Shown here piece by piece: positions 26,082 through 35,624 of a stretch of DNA of 64,000 bases; the first letter of the stretch is position 1, and each line of letters starts with the position of its first letter. The stretch is from Vicinamibacterales bacterium. GTDB taxonomy: Bacteria; Acidobacteriota; Vicinamibacteria; Vicinamibacterales; JAMQPK01. The position numbers and the translations under genes are program-made. The stretch is from positions 881 to 64,880 of the forward strand of contig CAVUTO010000018.1 of the NCBI GenBank assembly GCA_963744405.1, written 5' to 3'. The notes below the pieces were generated by a model that made no database searches, had not been told where the DNA came from, and saw nothing but the letters and a program-made list of their open reading frames with translations.

Positions 26082-26178
26082 CATTGGTGGATTGGTAGAT
26101 TCGTAGATTGGTAGATTACGGAGCTTGCACAGTGCCTTTCTTAATCTTCCAATCTACCATTCTTCCAATCTACCAATG
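26082..26178. repeat. 97-bp imperfect palindrome built from four TTGGTAGATT-type units
   Basis: The 37-nt arms 26082-26118 and 26142-26178 are reverse complements at 32/37 positions. Each arm is itself a ~16-nt tandem duplication. The 23-nt loop contains GCAC-a-GTGC. Confidence 0.55.
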
Positions 26179-26218
26179 CGCGCGTTCAAGTCGACCCGCA
26201 CACCGGCTGCGAGAAACC

Positions 26219-27430
26219 TCATGGAATCCTGCCTCGTTTGAGCGTGAGAACCGGCACGAGCTTCTGTCTCGCTTTCCGAATTTCCCCCTGCGAGTCGACA
26301 AGCGAGAAATCGCCGTCAACGAGGTCGAACACAGCGACATCGGCCGGGCTGCCAGGTTTCAGCGACGCCATTTCTCCGGTTTTGTCGATAGCCCGTGCGG
26401 GAGCGACTGTCGCGAGCTCCACGACTTTCTCGAGCGTGAGACCGAGATGGAGGAACTTCGTCATTGTGGTGGGAAGGTCGAAAACGGGACCGAGAGCGCT
26501 GTACGCATGGATGTCGCTGCTAATCGTCGCCGGCGCGAATTTTTGCTGCAGCGCCGCTTCGGCAGCGGCGAACGAGAAACTGCCGCTGCCGTGGCCGACG
26601 TCGAACAGAACTCCGCGCTCTGACGCGCGCCGGATGTAATCGGACACGCGCCCATCTGGTCCAATCACACCGCCCCCGCCGCCTCGACGAAAGGCGTGCG
26701 TCACGATATCGCGCGGGCGCGTCAGCTCGAGGATCTTCTCCATGGGTGAGTACGGATTGCCCACATGGATCATCAACGGCTTTCCGATCTGGTCGGCCAC
26801 GCTGCGCGCTGCGCGTACGGCCTCGATGTCGTTGGGACCCGAATAGTTTTCGCCGCACCGGACCTTGATGCCGACGATGACGTCGGCGTGCTCCTTCGCC
26901 ACGCGGAGGGCCGCCGGAACATCGATCATCCGCGTGTCCACGAGCTCGCCGGGCTGGCCGATCAGTCCGATTCGCGAGATGTTGAGAAACGCGAGAACCC
27001 GTGTACGTGAGCGGTCGATCACGAGTCGCCTGAAGCCCTCGAAGCTGTCAGACCCCGACGTGCCGGCGTCGATCGCAGTCGTGACGCCGCGCGCGATGCA
27101 GTACTGATCGAGGTCGACACCCCAGTGCGAAACGCCGGCAAACCCATGGGTGTGCAAATCGACCAGCCCGGGCGTGACAATTTGACCGGCCACCGGAACG
27201 GTCCGCTCGGATTCGGCCGCATCGATGTCACGGGCTATCGCCGCAATCCTGCCGCCAGCAAGGGCCACGTCGGCAGGCGCGTTGAAGGATTGCGATGGGT
27301 CGATGACCCGTCCTCCCTTGAGAAGGAGCTCATACTTTCGTCCCTGGGTCTGACCAAGCGCGCGGGGGCCGGCCATCAGCACAGGCATGGAACCCATGCT
27401 GAGGGCGCATATCATTTGTCGTCTGTTCAT
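26219..27430 (-). CDS. Amidohydrolase/deacetylase-family metallohydrolase (dihydroorotase-like fold), exported
   Basis: 'GLVDLHTHGFAG' (HxH), 'IKVRCGE', 'MIHVGNP', 'THAF', 'FDVGHGSGSF' and 'ISSDIH'. Confidence 0.8.
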   Translation of the reverse strand: MNRRQMICALSMGSMPVLMAGPRALGQTQGRKYELLLKGGRVIDPSQSFNAPADVALAGGRIAAIARDIDAAESERTVPVAGQIVTPGLVDLHTHGFAGVSHWGVDLDQYCIARGVTTAIDAGTSGSDSFEGFRRLVIDRSRTRVLAFLNISRIGLIGQPGELVDTRMIDVPAALRVAKEHADVIVGIKVRCGENYSGPNDIEAVRAARSVADQIGKPLMIHVGNPYSPMEKILELTRPRDIVTHAFRRGGGGGVIGPDGRVSDYIRRASERGVLFDVGHGSGSFSFAAAEAALQQKFAPATISSDIHAYSALGPVFDLPTTMTKFLHLGLTLEKVVELATVAPARAIDKTGEMASLKPGSPADVAVFDLVDGDFSLVDSQGEIRKARQKLVPVLTLKRGRIP

Positions 27431-27549
27431 GGTCTGGCCTCGCTTTCGGGGTCGGAAGACTATCAGACCCGATGCCTTTCGCGAACAACTTCAATCTCCT
27501 GTGGCCGGTCCGTGCCTTCGTGACCACACCTGATTAGAATGTAGTCTCA

Positions 27550-27831
27550 ATGGCCACACGCGAGAAACGAATCGGCATCAGGGAGCTCAAGTCGACGCTG
27601 AGTGAATGCGTCCGCGAGGTCAGGGCCGGCAGGACCATCGTGGTCACCGATCATGGCCAACCCGTCGCTCGCATCATTCCTGAGACTGCCTCGCTGCGCG
27701 AACCCGTTGAGGCTCTAAGGAAAGCCAGCGCCATCGCGTGGAGTGGGCGACGGCTGCGGCCGGCGAAACCTGCCGGGAAGATTCGCGGCACCAGGACGGT
27801 GGCCGATCTGGTCGTCGAAAACCGCGAGTGA
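27550..27831 (+). CDS. Phd/YefM-type antitoxin (type II TA)
   Basis: 'IGIRELKSTLSECVREVRAGRTIVVTDHGQPVARIIP'. The stop TGA overlaps the GTG of the downstream PIN remnant (GTGA). Confidence 0.7.
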   Translation: MATREKRIGIRELKSTLSECVREVRAGRTIVVTDHGQPVARIIPETASLREPVEALRKASAIAWSGRRLRPAKPAGKIRGTRTVADLVVENRE

Positions 27832-28071
27832 TTGCATATCTCGACGCAAGCGCGCTCGTGAAACGGTACATCGTCGAGCGTGGCTCACGAGAGACGATCG
27901 CGCTCACGACCGTGGGAGCATGGCTTGCGCGGCTATGACGCCGTCCAGCTCGCGTCGGCTCTGACTTGGCAGGAATCTCTCAGCGAGGAGATCGTCTTGG
28001 CGAGCTTCGATCAGCCACTATGGGAAGCGGCGAAGCGCTCGGGACTGAAGGCATGGCCGGATGGTGTCTAA
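27828..28071 (+). pseudogene. Degenerate VapC (PIN) toxin: internal deletion plus frameshift
   Basis: 'VIAYLDASALVKRYIVERGSRETIAL' (first PIN Asp) stops after 36 codons. Another frame carries 'RGYDAVQLASAL...LASFDQPLWEAAKRSGL' (distal PIN acidic residues). The total of 244 nt compares with about 390 nt for an intact VapC. Confidence 0.5.
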
Positions 28072-28774
28072 GACGTCCATGCTGCCGCTCGTAAGGGCCT
28101 TCGACTGGAGGGCCGTCGATGCGGGACTGAGGGAGAAGCCGCAGCTCGTCACGCATCGGGATGAGCGTGGGCGCAACTGGCTGCATGTGTGCTGCGCGAC
28201 ATCGCTCGATGGGCGCAATCCCAAGTCGAGCATTCGCACCGCGGACGTCCTGATGGCGCATGGAATCGATTTGCGGGATCACGCGTTCACGGAAGGGCGT
28301 TGGCGTGCCACGCCAGTGTGGTACTGCGTGGCCTTTGGGCGGAATCTCAAGTTGGCCGAACACCTGATGAAGCTTGGCGCGAGCCCGCAGTATTCGCTCT
28401 ACGCAGCAGCGTACAACCGCGACACCGATGCCATCCGCTTGCTCGTGCGCTATGGCGCCGACATCGAGGAGCCGTCCGGCCCGGGCGAGACGCCGTTTCT
28501 CGGGGCGATCGGCTGGAGTCACTTCGAAGCTGCAGCGGCGATGCTGGCGTGCGGCGCCAACGTCAATGCGCAGAACGATCGAGGCATGACAGCAGCGCAC
28601 ATGATGCTGAAGAAGGGGTCGGATTACGAGCACTTCGAGGCGCTTGCCCGATACGGTGCCCGGTTCGATCTGCCCAACAAGGACGGTGTCACGGCCGCGG
28701 AGATCATGTTGCACAAGCGTGACCCGAGATTCCGGGCCCTGGCAAATCTGCGGACCCACCATAATCAGGCTTGA
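28061..28774 (+). CDS. Ankyrin-repeat protein
   Basis: Repeated 'G.TPL/W..A...G...(L/M)...L(L)..GA(D/S/N)' units, for example 'GETPFLGAIGWSHFEAAAAMLACGANVNAQNDRGMTAAHMML'. Confidence 0.75.
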   Translation: MVSKTSMLPLVRAFDWRAVDAGLREKPQLVTHRDERGRNWLHVCCATSLDGRNPKSSIRTADVLMAHGIDLRDHAFTEGRWRATPVWYCVAFGRNLKLAEHLMKLGASPQYSLYAAAYNRDTDAIRLLVRYGADIEEPSGPGETPFLGAIGWSHFEAAAAMLACGANVNAQNDRGMTAAHMMLKKGSDYEHFEALARYGARFDLPNKDGVTAAEIMLHKRDPRFRALANLRTHHNQA

Positions 28775-28829
28775 TCCGAAACGCGGCTGATGCTATCAAG
28801 GGCGACAATGGATTGACACTCCGGTCGAG

Positions 28830-30452
28830 GTGATGAGGAGGCGTATGCGAGCTTTATTGATGATTTTCATTTGCTCCGTCACGCTCGCGGCACAGCAGGC
28901 GAGTGCACCTCTGGTCACGAATCAGGATCTGCTTGCCGGCCTTTCGAGCGACGGTTCGAAGTGGCTCATCTACCACGGGAACTACTTCGGGCATCGTTAC
29001 AGCCCGCTGACGCAAATCACCCCGCAGAACGTCAACCAGCTCAAGGCTCAGTGGACGTTCCAGACACGTATCAGTCCGAATTTCCAGTCGACGCCGATTT
29101 TCGTCGACAACGTGCTGTATATCACTGGCTTCGGCGGGTACGTGTGGGCCATCGATGCGCGAACAGGACGGCAGATTTGGCAATATCGAAAGCAAATACC
29201 AGGCGACTTCCGTGGCTGTTGCGGACCAAATAATCGCGGAATGGCGGTGCTCGGCGACACGCTGTTCCTCGGAACGGGTGACGCACATCTCATCGCGCTC
29301 GATATGAAGACCGGCACGGCTGTGTGGGACGTAGAGCTCGCCAACTACAAACACGGATATTCAATCACCGTTGCGCCGCTGGTCGTGAAAGACAAAGTGA
29401 TCGTCGGCATGGCGGGCGCCGAATTCGGCATTCGCGGCTTCATCGAGGCCTACGACGTCAACACGGGGAAGAAAGCCTGGCGATTCTATACAGTGGCCGG
29501 ACCGGATGAGCCGGGTGGGCATACGTGGCCGAAAGGCACCGACGCGTACTTGAGGGGTGGCGGATCGATCTGGGTGACAGGGACCTACGATCCCGAGCAG
29601 AACCTCGTGTTCTTTGGCACAGGCAATCCGGGTCCCGGCTACTACAGTGCCGTCCGCGAAGGCGACAACTTGTATACGGGATCGGTCGTCGCGCTCGACG
29701 TCGATACCGGACAACTGAAATGGCACTTCCAGTTCACGCCCCACGACACGCACGACTGGGACTCCACCCAGGTGCCCGTCCTTGCCGATCTGACGATCGA
29801 CAATCAGCCACGCAAGACGATGCTGTTTGCCAATCGCAACGGATTCTTCTACACGCTCGATCGGACGAACGGGCGCATGATTCTGGCAAAGCCGTTCATC
29901 ACACAAACATGGGCGAAGGAAATCAGCCCCGAGGGACGGCCGATTCTGCTCCCGGGCAATACGCCCAACGAAGAGGGTGCGAGGACGTGTCCTGATTACG
30001 GTGGCGGGACGAGCTTCTTCTCCCCCTCCTACGATCCGGCGCAGCGTCTGTTTTTCGTGAACGCGCGTGAGACGTGCGCCACTTACTTCACCTTCAACGA
30101 GCCGTTCAGACAAGGGGAACAGTACCAATCGGGCGGTACGATACGGGCGCGCGATCACCAGACCTACGGCGCTCTCCGTGCGATCGACCCGCTGACGGGT
30201 GATCGCAAATGGGAGTTCCGCTATACGACCGGTTCTTCCTCCGGCGTGCTGACGACGGCGTCGGGACTGGTGTTCTCGGGGGACGGCGACGGCAACATCA
30301 TCGCGTTGGACTCTCGGAGCGGGAAGTATCTGTGGCATTACCAGCTCGGCGTGGGTCTTCGGTCTACCGGCGGAACGACCTACATGGTCGACGGCCGCCA
30401 GTATCTCCTCACGCCGTCCGGCAACGCGCTGACGGCGTTTGCGCTGCCGTAG
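28830..30452 (+). CDS. PQQ-dependent dehydrogenase, methanol/ethanol (quinoprotein ADH) family, periplasmic
   Basis: Signal peptide, the vicinal Cys pair 'RGCCGPNNRG', W-docking propeller repeats and 'FTPHDTHDWDSTQ'. Confidence 0.85.
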   Translation: MMRRRMRALLMIFICSVTLAAQQASAPLVTNQDLLAGLSSDGSKWLIYHGNYFGHRYSPLTQITPQNVNQLKAQWTFQTRISPNFQSTPIFVDNVLYITGFGGYVWAIDARTGRQIWQYRKQIPGDFRGCCGPNNRGMAVLGDTLFLGTGDAHLIALDMKTGTAVWDVELANYKHGYSITVAPLVVKDKVIVGMAGAEFGIRGFIEAYDVNTGKKAWRFYTVAGPDEPGGHTWPKGTDAYLRGGGSIWVTGTYDPEQNLVFFGTGNPGPGYYSAVREGDNLYTGSVVALDVDTGQLKWHFQFTPHDTHDWDSTQVPVLADLTIDNQPRKTMLFANRNGFFYTLDRTNGRMILAKPFITQTWAKEISPEGRPILLPGNTPNEEGARTCPDYGGGTSFFSPSYDPAQRLFFVNARETCATYFTFNEPFRQGEQYQSGGTIRARDHQTYGALRAIDPLTGDRKWEFRYTTGSSSGVLTTASGLVFSGDGDGNIIALDSRSGKYLWHYQLGVGLRSTGGTTYMVDGRQYLLTPSGNALTAFALP

Positions 30453-30667
30453 TAGGTTTTTCTTGTCTCAACGCAGAGGCGCGGAGACGCTGAGCTGAGC
30501 ATCGACTTCGCGGCCCACGAAGTCGATGCGTACCCACTGGTAAGTGCATGTTCTCTGCGGCTCTGCGTCTCTGCGTCGAGATAGTGACGTCCAGGCTAGC
30601 AAGAGCGATGAACTGCTGTCCGCCGGACGCGCGCGCCCCAAACCGGCGAAGTAGATGTGAAGGATGT

Positions 30668-32557
30668 ATGCGAATCCTTTCATGTTGGCTTGGAGTCATC
30701 TGTGCGGTAGCTGGGTCGCTCGGCGCACAGGTCACCGTGCCGATGTCGCAGTACGACTATGGGCGGACGGGAGCCAACCTTCAGGAATGGATGCTCAACC
30801 CGTCCAACGTGGACGCGACCCACTTCGGCAAGCTCTTTTCGAGGAGAGTAGACGACAGCATTTACGCGCTTCCTTTGATCGTTCCCAACCTCAACTTCTC
30901 CGGCCAACGCCACAACGTCATGTTCGTCGCGTCCATGGGAAATACCGTGTACGCATTTGACGCCGACGATCCTGCGCAATCGGAGCCTCTTTGGTCGCGA
31001 AACCTTGGCACGCCCGCTGCCGGCGACGGCTGGATCGGGCCGACCCGTCATGGCATTCTCGGAACGCCCTTTATCGATGTGCCAACCGGTACACTTTATG
31101 TGGTCGCCGTGGTGGCGAAAGACAACGAATACAACCTCTGGGTGAATGCCCTGGACATCTACAACGGCAGTCCCAAATACAACTCTCCACAACTCCTGTC
31201 ATTCCCCTTCGCTGGACCGGAAGGAACGCTCACGAACGTGAAAGGCGCGCTCCAACGGGTGGGACTCCTGATGGTCAATGATGTGCTTTACATCGCCTTC
31301 GCAAACATAGTGCCCGATCCAAACGACCAGCGCTGGTCTCAGGAAGGCTTCGTGCAAACATTCAATGCGCGCGATCTGAGGCAACGGTTGGCAGTCTTCC
31401 AGACGACGCCGAGTGGACGGAAAGGTGGAATTTGGCAGGCGGGCCGCGGGATCGCGACGGATGGTCTGGGCAATATCTTTTTTTCTACTGGCGGCGGCTT
31501 CTATGACGGTGTCAGCAATTTTGGCAGCAGCACGCTGAAGTTGCGTGGCCCCAGCCTCAAACCTGCCGACTGGTTTACACCAGCGAATCACGAGTATCTA
31601 TTCCTCAACAATCTGGACATGAGCGCAGGCGGTGTGACCTTGATCCCCAATTCGCCGCTCATGTTCTCCGGCGGCAAGGAAGGCGTTATCTTCCTCCTGA
31701 ATTCGAACGACATGGGCAAGCTGGAAGGCGCCAACGGCGGCCCACTACAGCGGTTTCAAGCTGGGAAAGGTTGCGGCCAGGAAGACTGCGCGCAAACTCT
31801 CGGAACGGCTTTCTGGAGCCGACGAAATGACGGCGTTCTTTACGTCTGGGACCGAGGGGATGTCCTCAGAGCCTATAACTTCATCAACAACCGCTTCGTC
31901 ACGACTCCAACCGCGGTGAGTGCGGTAAGACCAGGGATGACCGGCGGCCCCAGCGTTTCGGCGAATGGCTCTGACATCGGCAGCGGCATTGTGTGGGCCG
32001 TTACGACTCAATCCAGCAAGAGCGACGACCAAACTCCCGGTACGCTGCGCGCCTTCCGCGCCTCCGATGTGAGTCAGGAAATCTACAACACCGACACGAA
32101 CAGCGCACGTGACGCGCTTGGTGACTTCACCAAGTTTGCGCCGCCAGTCGTCGCGAATGGAAAGGTATACGTATCGACGCAGACGAAGGCAGTGAGCGTT
32201 TATGGCCTTCTTTGCGGCAGCAATGTGTCATCACTGGTGAGCGTCAATACTGGAACGCGGAATGCCGCGCCGAACAATACCTACACGCAGTCGATCACCG
32301 TCAAGAACACCTCGTCACACGCCATTGGCGCACCATTCGACATTGCCTTGGACAACCTCACCCCTGGCGCCACTCTGACCAACGCGACGGGCGCGACTTC
32401 GTGCGCCTCGCCATCCGGAAGTCCCTTGATCCGATCGACAGGCGCGCCGCTCTGGCTCGAGCCGGGCGCTTCTTTTACGGCCGCCTTCACATTCACGGCG
32501 CCTTCCAACGAAATTCGCTTCAGTGCGCGCGTTATCAGCGGCTCCGGCGGCCGGTAG
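30668..32557 (+). CDS. Secreted beta-propeller protein (PQQ-like repeat type) with a C-terminal Ig-like domain
   Basis: ATG at 30668 gives the signal 'MRILSCWLGVICAVAGSLGAQ'. 'VMFVASMGNTVYAFDADD', 'GTLYVVAV' and 'ANGKVYVSTQTKAVSVYGL' follow. The ORF track extends upstream to 30548. Confidence 0.5.
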   Translation: MRILSCWLGVICAVAGSLGAQVTVPMSQYDYGRTGANLQEWMLNPSNVDATHFGKLFSRRVDDSIYALPLIVPNLNFSGQRHNVMFVASMGNTVYAFDADDPAQSEPLWSRNLGTPAAGDGWIGPTRHGILGTPFIDVPTGTLYVVAVVAKDNEYNLWVNALDIYNGSPKYNSPQLLSFPFAGPEGTLTNVKGALQRVGLLMVNDVLYIAFANIVPDPNDQRWSQEGFVQTFNARDLRQRLAVFQTTPSGRKGGIWQAGRGIATDGLGNIFFSTGGGFYDGVSNFGSSTLKLRGPSLKPADWFTPANHEYLFLNNLDMSAGGVTLIPNSPLMFSGGKEGVIFLLNSNDMGKLEGANGGPLQRFQAGKGCGQEDCAQTLGTAFWSRRNDGVLYVWDRGDVLRAYNFINNRFVTTPTAVSAVRPGMTGGPSVSANGSDIGSGIVWAVTTQSSKSDDQTPGTLRAFRASDVSQEIYNTDTNSARDALGDFTKFAPPVVANGKVYVSTQTKAVSVYGLLCGSNVSSLVSVNTGTRNAAPNNTYTQSITVKNTSSHAIGAPFDIALDNLTPGATLTNATGATSCASPSGSPLIRSTGAPLWLEPGASFTAAFTFTAPSNEIRFSARVISGSGGR

Positions 32558-32843
32558 TCTTCGGCCTGACTTACGGTCCGCCGCAGCGCGCCTGGGCTGG
32601 ACGTGACCCTCACCCACTGAAGTGGCCGGAATTTGGCGGGCCGGGCATACTTGAGGAGTACCCATGCCTCACGCGACGATTTCGCGCGGCGCAGCTTGGA
32701 GGACGCGCACCCGACGCGGTCGCGCGCGCCGCTGTACTGCATCCATGATCACGGCGTGGTTGAGGACGGCCCTGGCACGACCCGCGGGCACCTGATATAA
32801 AAGGGGCGCTCGAACGGGCCGATCATCAAGCGTGGAGGAACCA

Positions 32844-33866
32844 ATGAAGCGTCTGGCTGTGTATTTCCTCACGACCTGTGTTCTCGTCGGCTTCGTGCAT
32901 CAGCGCCGTGTCGCCAGCCAGCTGAACACGGTCAAAGAGCTCGCGCCGGGCGTGTACTTCCACGAAGGCGATCTGCCTGGGAAGGGACACTGCAACAACG
33001 GCTGGGTGATCTTCGACGACTACGTGCTCGTGCTCGACGCCAATTTTCCCTCGGGCGCGCAGGAGATTATCCCGAAGATCAAGGCGCAGACGAACAAGCC
33101 GATCCGGTTCGCCTTCGACACGCACCACCACGGGGATCACGCCTACGGCAACCAGGTCTGGGCGGACCTCGGCGCCGTGCCGGTCGCACACGAAAACGTC
33201 GTCGCCGAGATGCGGAAGTACGAGACCGGGTTCTTCGGCGGCAAGCCCGGACGCTGGGAGGAAGCGGCGAAGCAGCGCGAGGATCTCAAAACGACGCGGC
33301 TCAAGCCGCCGTCACTGCTCTATCGGGACCTGATGATTTTCGATGACGGCAGTCACCGCGTCGAGCTGCGCTACTTCGGCGTGGGACACACGCACGGCGA
33401 CGGCTTCGCGTGGCTTCCCAGAGAGCGGATTCTCTTCACCGGCGACGCCGCCGTCAACGGTCCGTTCAACTACATGGCCGACGGCGACAGCGGCACGTGG
33501 ATCGAGACGCTCGCCAGCGCCCAGAAGCTCGGAGCAACCATCGTCGCGCCGGGTCACGGGCCGTCTGGAGACGCCCGCGTGCTCGAAGCCCAGCGGCAGT
33601 ATTTCGTGGCGCTGCGAGCCGAGGTGGCAAAGAGGAAAGGGCTGGCGCCCGAACGCGTGCAGGCCGACGTTCCAGCCATGCGCGACGCCCTCCTCAAACA
33701 GCACGCGACGTACATCGATACCAGCACCAAATCAATTGCCGGATTCGAAGCCCAGGCGGCGCAGGTTTACAAAGAGCTCACCGGCCGTGAGTTTCCGAAA
33801 AGAGCGGCGATGGAGGACGCCCGGCGGGCGCACGAGCACCATCACGGCATCGCGGCGATTCAGTAA
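32844..33866 (+). CDS. MBL-fold metallo-hydrolase (secreted)
   Basis: GGAGGA lies 4 nt before the ATG. 'FDTHHHGDHAYGN' is the HxHxDH motif. 'VGHTHGD' and 'APGHGP' are also present. Confidence 0.8.
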   Translation: MKRLAVYFLTTCVLVGFVHQRRVASQLNTVKELAPGVYFHEGDLPGKGHCNNGWVIFDDYVLVLDANFPSGAQEIIPKIKAQTNKPIRFAFDTHHHGDHAYGNQVWADLGAVPVAHENVVAEMRKYETGFFGGKPGRWEEAAKQREDLKTTRLKPPSLLYRDLMIFDDGSHRVELRYFGVGHTHGDGFAWLPRERILFTGDAAVNGPFNYMADGDSGTWIETLASAQKLGATIVAPGHGPSGDARVLEAQRQYFVALRAEVAKRKGLAPERVQADVPAMRDALLKQHATYIDTSTKSIAGFEAQAAQVYKELTGREFPKRAAMEDARRAHEHHHGIAAIQ

Positions 33867-34092
33867 GCGTCTCTTCTGGAGGACTCACCTCATCGCCAGT
33901 ATGCGTCGAGTCGGCCCTTCGACGTATGCGCGCATCGCTTCTTCGGTGGACGCGCAACACGAAGTCTCTGTCATCTGGTGAACAGGGCAAGAGGTCGATT
34001 TGCACCGCAGTCTCGGGCGATGCAGGTGTCTCAATTCGTCCGGATTCCGCTTCTAGTCGTGGAGGATCGACCTTCGAACCTGAGCGAGCGTG

Positions 34093-34133
34093 CCAAAAAG
34101 GCGGGCCAGGAGGTTTGACACCTCCGGCGCCTT
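34093..34133 (-). terminator. Intrinsic terminator candidate for the HNH gene
   Basis: On the minus strand this reads AAGGCGCCGGAGGT-gtcaa-ACCTCCTGGCCCGCCTT followed by TTTTT, about 70 nt after the stop at 34204. Confidence 0.45.
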
Positions 34134-34203
34134 CTGGAAATTCTCAAGCAACGCTGAAGTATTACACGGTCGCATCGATGGAGTTTTGGTCGTAATCAGG
34201 TTC

Positions 34204-35328
34204 TTATGGCGGCCGGTCGCTAGCGGAGTTTCGTGCTGCGAGCTCATCGCTTGACAGCTCGTTCCAGAACGAGTCTGCTTCCCGCCGTTGGTCACTAGGC
34301 CGCTCGCGCACGAACAATGGCCCTTGCCCTTCTGCGCTGAAGTACTTCTCAGCCTCGTACGCGTTGTGCGGCCGACAGCGAAGCTCCAGATTCTCGACCG
34401 ACGTCTCTCCTCCATCGGCGTAGGGCATGATGTGGTGAAACTCCAGGAAACCCGTCTCGGTGCATCGGCCGTTGTTGCCGACAAACGCGCACCGGCCACC
34501 GTCACGAGTCCACACGTCACGTTTGACGGCTGCTGGAATATGTCGCGACATGGTTGATGCCACTGCAGTGGTGCGGGGGCGCTTCGCCGCCGCGAACTTC
34601 CTCCGCTCCAGCTCGCACAACAACAGCGTGAGCGCTCGATCGAAGATCACAGATGGATCACCGTTGGGAATCGTGTGCCGCATTAGGTCCTGCGCACGCC
34701 GCAGCTTGTCGTGGGTCTCCTTCGATATCGTGAACTGAACTTTGTACCGTTCCGGCGAAAGCGGCCTGACTAACGGCCGGCGCGCAGCTGATGGCGACGC
34801 GAATTCCGGCGGCGACGTCGCTGGCTCCCCTTCCTTCGGGCACTCCGTCACCGGCGGTACTTCGGTGACGAGAGGTGACGCTGCCGGTGCGGGAAGTTTG
34901 CGCATACACGGGGCAACATCTGGTTCTGGTTTCTGCTGCGCAAGGAGGTGCTCGATGTCACGCTTGCTCTTGTGCCGCGCCGCATCCAGCAGCGCTCGAT
35001 GGTTCTCCGCCGTGAGCGTTGGCGCCAGCAGGCGCACCGCCGTGAGATGGATTGACCCGTCTGCGAGCCGCTCGAGAATCTGTGGAAATCGCCGCGCGGT
35101 CCTCGCCGCTTCAATTCGGTTGTAGGCGGCGTGCTCCGACAGATGCAGCACCTGCGTGCAATACGTGAACAGGCTCGAACAGCCCTCGCTCAGGTACAGC
35201 TGCCGCGCATCGACTTCGGCGAGCGAGGCAACGAGCTGGGCCGTCGCTTCGCGTTCGCTCGCGGCGAGGCGACTCACTTCCGCGAGCAGGTCACGATCAG
35301 AAAAATCATTGAAGGAAAATATCGTCAC
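34204..35328 (-). CDS. HNH endonuclease with a DUF222-like N-terminal domain
   Basis: 'DARQLYLSEGCSSLFTYCTQVLHLSEHAAYNRIEAAR' is DUF222-like. 'CAFVGNNGRCTETGFLEFHHIMPYADGGETSVENLELRCRPHNAYEA' is the HNH motif. The frame is intact. Confidence 0.75.
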   Translation of the reverse strand: MTIFSFNDFSDRDLLAEVSRLAASEREATAQLVASLAEVDARQLYLSEGCSSLFTYCTQVLHLSEHAAYNRIEAARTARRFPQILERLADGSIHLTAVRLLAPTLTAENHRALLDAARHKSKRDIEHLLAQQKPEPDVAPCMRKLPAPAASPLVTEVPPVTECPKEGEPATSPPEFASPSAARRPLVRPLSPERYKVQFTISKETHDKLRRAQDLMRHTIPNGDPSVIFDRALTLLLCELERRKFAAAKRPRTTAVASTMSRHIPAAVKRDVWTRDGGRCAFVGNNGRCTETGFLEFHHIMPYADGGETSVENLELRCRPHNAYEAEKYFSAEGQGPLFVRERPSDQRREADSFWNELSSDELAARNSASDRPP

Positions 35329-35534
35329 ATGCCCTTCATACCACGCGACTTTTGGACCGACGACGTCTGGCTGTATTGAAAGAATGACGGCGGGGAGGAC
35401 GCCGAACCTGGAATGACCGACGATCGTCGCGCATACGCAGTTTCTCGCTCACCTACGAGCCTGCTGCCGAAATCGTTTCGGACGCAAACGCATCAGGTGC
35501 GCAAAGCGTGTCAAGGGTTTTTTGGGGTCGCAAC

Positions 35535-35605
35535 AGCAAGAGCGATGAACTGCTGTCCGCCGACGCGAAGGTCATCCGCGAGGTCTTGATGGTGGCGGCC
35601 CTTAT
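35535..35605 (-). pseudogene. Tiny fragment of a PQQ-dehydrogenase 3' end
   Basis: AGAGCGATGAACTGCTGTCCGCC...GAAGGTCATC.GCGAGGTCTTGATGGTGGCG matches the last ~25 codons of the 46199 gene ('TIKTSPMTFAVDGQQFIAIAV'). A 33-nt identical piece also occurs at 30598-30630. Confidence 0.3.
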
Positions 35606-35624
35606 CGCTGAACTCCGCAGTCGC

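Noticed and set aside
30598-30630. Minus-strand ORF 30409-30735 containing 'GGQQFIALAS' as a gene
   Set aside because: Only a ~33-nt stretch matches the PQQ-dehydrogenase C-terminus and is identical to 35536-35568. The rest has no coding signal and overlaps the leader of the 30668 gene.
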